From: the human T2T-CHM13v2.0 reference genome, Homo sapiens
NCBI RefSeq assembly: GCF_009914755.1
Contig: NC_060940.1
DNA: 64,000 nucleotides
Direction: 5' to 3' (one strand)
Below, in pieces: positions 57,701 to 64,000 of the stretch. Below the pieces are notes generated by a model. It did not search any database and was not told the DNA's origin. It worked only from the letters and a program-made list of their open reading frames with translations. The stretch's first letter is position 1; every line of letters starts with the position of its first letter. Both the position numbers and the translations under genes were made by a program.

Positions 57701-58011
57701 ACTCGGAAGTAGGCAAAAACGTGAGACCAACTTGGGCTTAGATACACATACCTAGGAATATACTAGGTGAAGTCAAAGACAGCAGGAGATTGATATTCTA
57801 CATAAATATGGAAATGCACTTTATGAGTTCTTGAGATTCTCTGGGGATTTTTCATAGGTCTCACCCATCACTGGTCATGTAAATATGTCATTTTTAGCAA
57901 AATCACATTCTCTTCACTTCTATCTGTTCTATATTGCTGCAAGGACTGCTTTTTGAACTAGGGTATGACAATGATCTGTCTTGATAGTGTTTGTGAGTCA
58001 ATTCAGAATTA

Positions 58012-58556
58012 CAGTGATTACTAAAGTTGGTCACATATTCCCCCCATCTCTATATGCATTCCTCTTTGTGATGTCACTTTGCTGTCCTTTCCACTAAATA
58101 GTAGAACCTATTTCTCTACCCTCTTGAGTCCTTGTCATGTGATTTGCCTTGACCAAGAAAATCTCAAAGAAGTGATGTTATGGTAATTCACAGACTACAC
58201 CACAACAGGCCAGAAACGTCTACCTTATCCCTCTTGAAATGCTACCCTGAGATTGACATATGGGGAGTCTGGGCTAGACTCCTCGAGGGTGAGAAACTAT
58301 GTGAAGCAAGGTCTGGCCAATAGACAGCCCCAAATGCCAGAATTGGGAGTGAAGTCATCATAGACAATCTGTCTCTAATGGAGTCCCCAGATGTGTGCAG
58401 AATAGGAATAGCCCCAGGAAAGACCAACAGAAGAACCACTCACCTGAGCTCAGCCCAAATTGTTGACTCACAGAATTGTAAGTAAACCAACAAGGTGGTT
58501 GTGTTAAGCCATTAAGTTTTGGATAATTTGTTATGCGGGAATAAATAACTAATACA
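58012..58556 (+). mobile_element. MLT1F/G-like MaLR LTR
   Basis: tgtgatttgccttgaccaa...ctcagcccaaattgttgactcacagaattgtaagtaaa...aagccattaagttttgg...aactaataca. Confidence 0.8.
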
Positions 58557-60045
58557 GATGGTAGCTACAAGTCTCTTCCTATGCCTATGGTTGTCAAGAA
58601 GACAGATGAAGCAATTAGTAGTGGAAACTATCCATTCATTAAACAAGTACTTATGGAGCTCCTACTCTATGCACACACAGCCTAGTGGCTCACAATAAGC
58701 AACCTTTACAGCCACTGCTTGACGAAATATCTCCAGACAAAACTATTCCTCCACCATAGCATAAGGTGATGGTCTGCCCTTGTGTATCCATCCTTGTTTA
58801 AGAAACAAACTAATGTCCCTTAACTAAAGATTCTCCTTCCAGTGAGGACAAATGCAACTCCTCGTGACCACTGTTTCTCCTCTGGTGCCCTTCCAATAAC
58901 TCAGAAAATCTAGACTATTGGTTGTTTATGACTTCACTGGATAGCACCTCTATTGTCATCAGGCCTTCAGGAGGTTGGGTCTTCTGAGAAATGCCTGCCC
59001 CTCACCCAGCCCTAGCAGGCCAATCCATTCCTCTTTGTGTGGTGGAGTCACGCCAGTGAAGTGGATGAGGAGTAGGATGGGAGTCAGAAAACTTAGGTTC
59101 CATTTGTGCATTCTCAGACTTGTGGGAAGATACTTCACCAGCCCCAGCCTTAGAAATGAGAGTAACAGAGCTGTACAATCTCTGAGGTGTTATTTATTCT
59201 TAAGGATACACTTACTGGCAGGGAGGAAATGCTCTAAGCCATTTACATACATTACCGACATCTTCTCTTTTAACCCTCCAGGCATCAGGCATCTCGAGGG
59301 GGTAGGCACTCCCACCTTCCTGATTTTACAAATGGGAGTCTGAGGCTCAGAGGAATTGGGTGACTTACTCAATGTCACACAGCTAGTTGCAGGAGTCAGT
59401 CTTTTAACTCAGGCCCATCCAGTCTTAAAAACATGGACTGAACCAGTGTATATCCAACTGACAGATGAGTTTAGAAGCTATCTAGTCCAGACAAGCTTGA
59501 ACTCAGCTAGTCCAGCCTTTCATGCACCTCACCTATTTAGTGACAGGGAAGTCACTACTTCTCCAAGCAACTTACATTACTTTAGGCTGAAAATTGCCTG
59601 CCTGAAATTCCTGCTCACTAATCCCTCTTGGCCCTCTGTTAACATCAATAATTCCACCGATAATTACAAAGCACCTACTAGGCACCAGACATTATCCTAA
59701 GTGCTTGGGATACACGTATGAAATTGCTCATTCCAACTTGGTTTGGCCCAGTTTTCAAGGGTTTCCTGCTCAAACTCACACCTCAGCCTGAATTCCCACT
59801 CCTGAAGATTTCTTACCTCTCTGTAGTGAGCTCTGTTGATGGCCTCTCTCCATCCTGCTGTAACTCACATGGAACCTGTCTCTTCCTTCATTTCTCCCAA
59901 TGATCTCTAAGACAGAGCTGTCTCATGCCGCTGACTTTACTGAAGCTCTCAGGATATGGAGGGGGATTACAGCATGCAATAAGCCATGACTTCCACAAAG
60001 TTACTTATCTCTGTCTTGAAGTTCTTCACTCACCCCTGCCGTAGG

Positions 60046-60276
60046 AAATTTCACTTCCCTAGCCTTTCCTCAGAGCCCAGCTGCTGTCATTTTTGGGGGG
60101 TCCTCTACCAAGTCTCTTGAATTCCACATTCCCTAGCCTTTCCTCAGAGTCCAACTGCTGTCATTTTGGGGGGATCCTCTACTAAGTCTCTTGAATCCTA
60201 CATTCCCCAACCTTTCCTTAAAGCCCAACTGCTGTCATTTTGGTGGGGGGTGGGGGGGTCCTCCACCAAGTCTCTT
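60046..60276. repeat. Minisatellite, 3 x 74-bp unit
   Basis: ttccctagcctttcctcagag.cca.ctgctgtcattttgggggg..cctctac.aagtctcttgaat recurs at 60055, 60129 and 60203. Confidence 0.96.
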
Positions 60277-60764
60277 CTCTATTTCCTTCTAATTTTTCGC
60301 AATGGTCAGTACACCCAAGACCCTCTTTCCCTGAGCTGGGAAAAGACCTCAAATTACTATTTTTTTGTCATGCATACCAATGCAACTCTTCTTAATCTAA
60401 GCTTTTCTCATCTCTACCGTACTCCAGAGGAAACCTCCCTGCAAATAAGAAAACCACACCAATTAAAGTATTTTTTCTGGGAAAAGAAAATATGCAGTTG
60501 TCTCAGAAGGATTCCTCATGATACTCCTAGGTCAACTAATTCAAACAGCAGCCAACTTTTGAAATAGAAGTTTTCTATTAAATAATAGTAATGTCAACTA
60601 TTAAACCTGCACCTTGGCATATGATATGCTACATTCATTTCTTCATCTTCCAAATGAAGAAACTGAGGCTCAGAGAGAAACATTATCACTAGCTTTAAAT
60701 CACTGAGCTAGAAAGTGGAAAAGTGAAGATTCAAACAGTCCCCAAACCAACACGCCTTTCCAGT

Positions 60765-60966
60765 GCTTGAACTATGATCAGGCAAGAAAGTGCAACACTT
60801 AAGGTGGCACTCACTCTCAGGGGCTGACTGCACAAGCATGACCCTAAGAATGGGTACTTCCTTAAGAGCAGGGTACCTAGAATCCAAGTTCAGGCAAGTG
60901 CAGGGTGAATGCAGCTTTAATTTGCATCCTAAGCACCCCGCTTGCCTCACCACAGCTGGGGCCCTG
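60765..60966. mobile_element. MER96-like palindromic hAT element
   Basis: ttaaggtggcactcactctcagg...cgcttgcctcacc...ggccctg. Confidence 0.7.
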
Positions 60967-61829
60967 TACCTTCTCTTCCACAAACCTGAAATGCATGCTG
61001 GACGGTGACCATCCTGACTGGGACACTAGCCTGGCCCTCTGGGCTTGCATAGCAATTGATGCCTGGCTTTCCCTGTGCAGGTGGTGCTGATTAATGGTGC
61101 TGTTAAGAAGAGATCCAGCTGCTGCTTTCAGTTTCCTCTTCCTGCAGAGATCCTTAATTACTGGGCTTCACCTGTTGAGTTTCCTTAAATGACATGAGTG
61201 TGTATTTTTAAGTGGGAAAACAATTCATTAGGAAGTGCCAACATCTCAGAGGAGGTAAATCCTCCAGTTAATTTCAGAACCACACTGCTTCAGCCACATA
61301 AGAGAGCGGTCCAAGGGGGTACTGCTTTTTTCTGAACGTCACCAAGCCAAACAACCAACCTTCAGCAGATGGCAGGGAGCGGCCTTGAGAAACCACAGGG
61401 AGGGGTCATGAGATCAAACCACCCTTAGCCATCAACCTTTAGCATCCTCCCTGGTTGCCCCTTTAGCTCAGCACCCTGGGAATGATGGGTCCACACAGCC
61501 ATTTAGGTACTGCTTCCACACGGCTGAAATTGCATTTGCATTTTATTAAATAAAAGCAATCTGTGCAAAAGCCTAGCCTAAAGTTACTAACAGATATTTG
61601 AGTCTAAGATAATACATCTTACAGTATTAGAATTCAGGTTCTAAGACAATCACCCTCAACCGTTGTCAATCTTTACATTAGGGTAGATTTTTGAAACTTC
61701 AGGTCCCTACAATCTAGATTCTGATTTAATTAGTCTAGGGTGGGACCCTGGCCTTTAGTATTTTTTTAAAGCTGCAGCCCTCAGTGGTGACTCCAACGTG
61801 TAGGCAGAATTGGAAACCACTCTAATTTG

Positions 61830-62293
<464 letters not shown>

Positions 62294-62294
62294 T

Positions 62295-62620
62295 GATGCT
62301 TACTAGAGGCAGGAGAAGGGACATAGAAGGAGCAATGGGGATAGGTCGGCCAAGGGGTACAAAGTTAATCAGGAAGAATAAGTTCCTGTGTTCTATTACA
62401 CAGTAGGGCGACTGGAGCTAATGACCATACATTGCATATTTCAAGATAGTCAGAGAAGAGGAGCTTGAAAATGATCACCACAAAGAAACGGTAAAGGTTT
62501 GAAGTGATGGACACACACTGGCTACCCTGTTTGATCATTATACAATGTATATATGTATCAAAATATTACACTATACTTATAAACATGTATAATTATATGT
62601 GTCAATTATAAATGAAATGT
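62295..62620 (+). mobile_element. L1MA 3' UTR
   Basis: gggtacaaagtt...gaataagttc...atttcaagatag...caccacaaagaaa...gtcaatta. Confidence 0.8.
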
Positions 62621-62727
62621 TAATATGTCCCTTGATTCTTGTTTGTACCTTTTTCCAATTATTTAGCCTTACATATATATCCATGTATATATAAATTTTA
62701 CATAAATGCATAAAAAGTGAGCATTCC

Positions 62728-62728
<1 letters not shown>

Positions 62729-62767
<39 letters not shown>

Positions 62768-62845
62768 AGAAAAAGAGACAGAGACAAGCAGAGAGAGAGA
62801 GAGAGGCAGAAACAGAGAGAGAGGAGGAGACAGGGAGAGAGAGAC
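62729..62845. repeat. (TG)n followed by GA-rich repeat
   Basis: Directly visible. Confidence 0.96.
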
Positions 62846-63123
62846 GGCAAACTTTTTTTGCTACCAATTTTGGCTCATTTGCCCTGCCCCTCTATTCTCA
62901 CCCCCATTGCCATCTCCCCACCTGCTCCAACACCTGCCCCACCAGAAAACCTGTACTGACAGTCCAGTCAGTGGTCTTCTATATAGTGTCCATCCTCATT
63001 TAATTCTAGACAGACATACAGACACACATGAGTGTGGGCAATCATTGTTTTATAGAAATGGGATCATATTCTACCAACCGTTCCCATGTATTCAACAATT
63101 CCTTGTTGCAAGCCCTCCAAGTT

Positions 63124-63700
63124 GATTTCTCAAAGAACTAAAAATGGAACTTTCACTGGACCCAGCAATCCCATCGTTGATATGTACCCAAAGGAAAATA
63201 AGTCATTCTACCGAAAAGACACTTGTGCTCATATCTTTATAGCAGTGCTAGTCACAATAGCCAAGACATGGAATCAACCCAGCTGTCCATCAGTGGTGGA
63301 CTGGATAAAGAAAATATGGTACATATATACCACAGAATACTAGACAGCCACAAAAAAAGAATAAAATGATGTTCTCTATAGCACCATGGATGCAGCTGGA
63401 GGCTGTTATCCTAAGCAAATTAACGCAGAAACAGAAAACCAAATACTGCACATTCTCACTTACATGCGGGAACTAAACACTGGGTACACAAAGACAGAAA
63501 GACGGGAACAAGAGACACTGAGGATTCCAAAAGGGGGAAGTGAAGGAGGGGGCAAGGGCTGAAATATTACCTATTGAGTACCAAGTTTGCTACTTGGGCA
63601 ACGAGATCATCAGAAGCCCAAACCTCGGCATCATGCAAGATACCCATGTAAAAAACCTGCAGGTGTACCCCATTAAACTAAAAAAAAAGAAAAAGAAAAG
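63124..63700 (+). mobile_element. L1PA15-17/L1PB-type 3' end
   Basis: gatttctcaaagaactaaaa...ccaagacatggaatcaacc...agaagcccaaacctcggcatcatgc, with an A-rich tail. Confidence 0.9.
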
Positions 63701-64000
63701 AAAGCCCCCAATACCCCTGATATCACTCACCTTCACTGTCCTTATTGGGCACGTACCAGTCCATAGGTGGAAGCCCCATTGCTTAGTCAGCCACTCCCCC
63801 ATGGATGAGCACTCACTTTGCTTCCCATTTCTGCCCGTCAGAAATAACTCAGCCACAAACAGGAGGTCATCTGATGCCTGCAACCACCCTATACAGCACA
63901 AATATCCATGTGAATCTTTCTTCCCATCCGCAGACACATAGCCAAATGCCTAGCAGGCCTTACCTGACCCCACTAAAACAGTCTTTCTGGCCAGGGAAAA

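Overview
Human non-coding DNA, repeat-rich. The species call rests on an AluYb8 copy at 17356-17669, a human-specific subfamily. I find no convincing protein-coding exon, no CpG island, no tRNA or rRNA gene and no recognisable gene, so this is either intergenic sequence or the inside of a large intron. The supplied ORFs are artefacts of Alu, L1, L2, LTR or simple-repeat sequence. The window holds about 20 Alus (J, S and Y), a 2.9-kb L1MA, several L1 3' ends, MaLR/ERVL/ERV1 solo LTRs, hAT DNA-transposon relics, many MIR/L2/CR1 fragments and several microsatellites. Between them lie a few repeat-free islands with clustered transcription-factor motifs. The notable structures are (1) an orphan poly(A)-tailed ~370-bp retro-insert with an AATAAA signal, (2) a tandemly duplicated Alu with three copies of its target-site duplication (TSD), (3) fossil RTE-clade reverse-transcriptase fragments, (4) two short-range non-tandem duplications whose second copy carries an expanded simple repeat, (5) a twin-priming L1 inversion, (6) nested insertions, (7) overlapping mutually exclusive hairpins and (8) a candidate 30-nt exon. 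I see no support for a new multi-gene system. Repeat family names come from my recall of consensus sequences, not from a search, and boundaries of old repeats are approximate.
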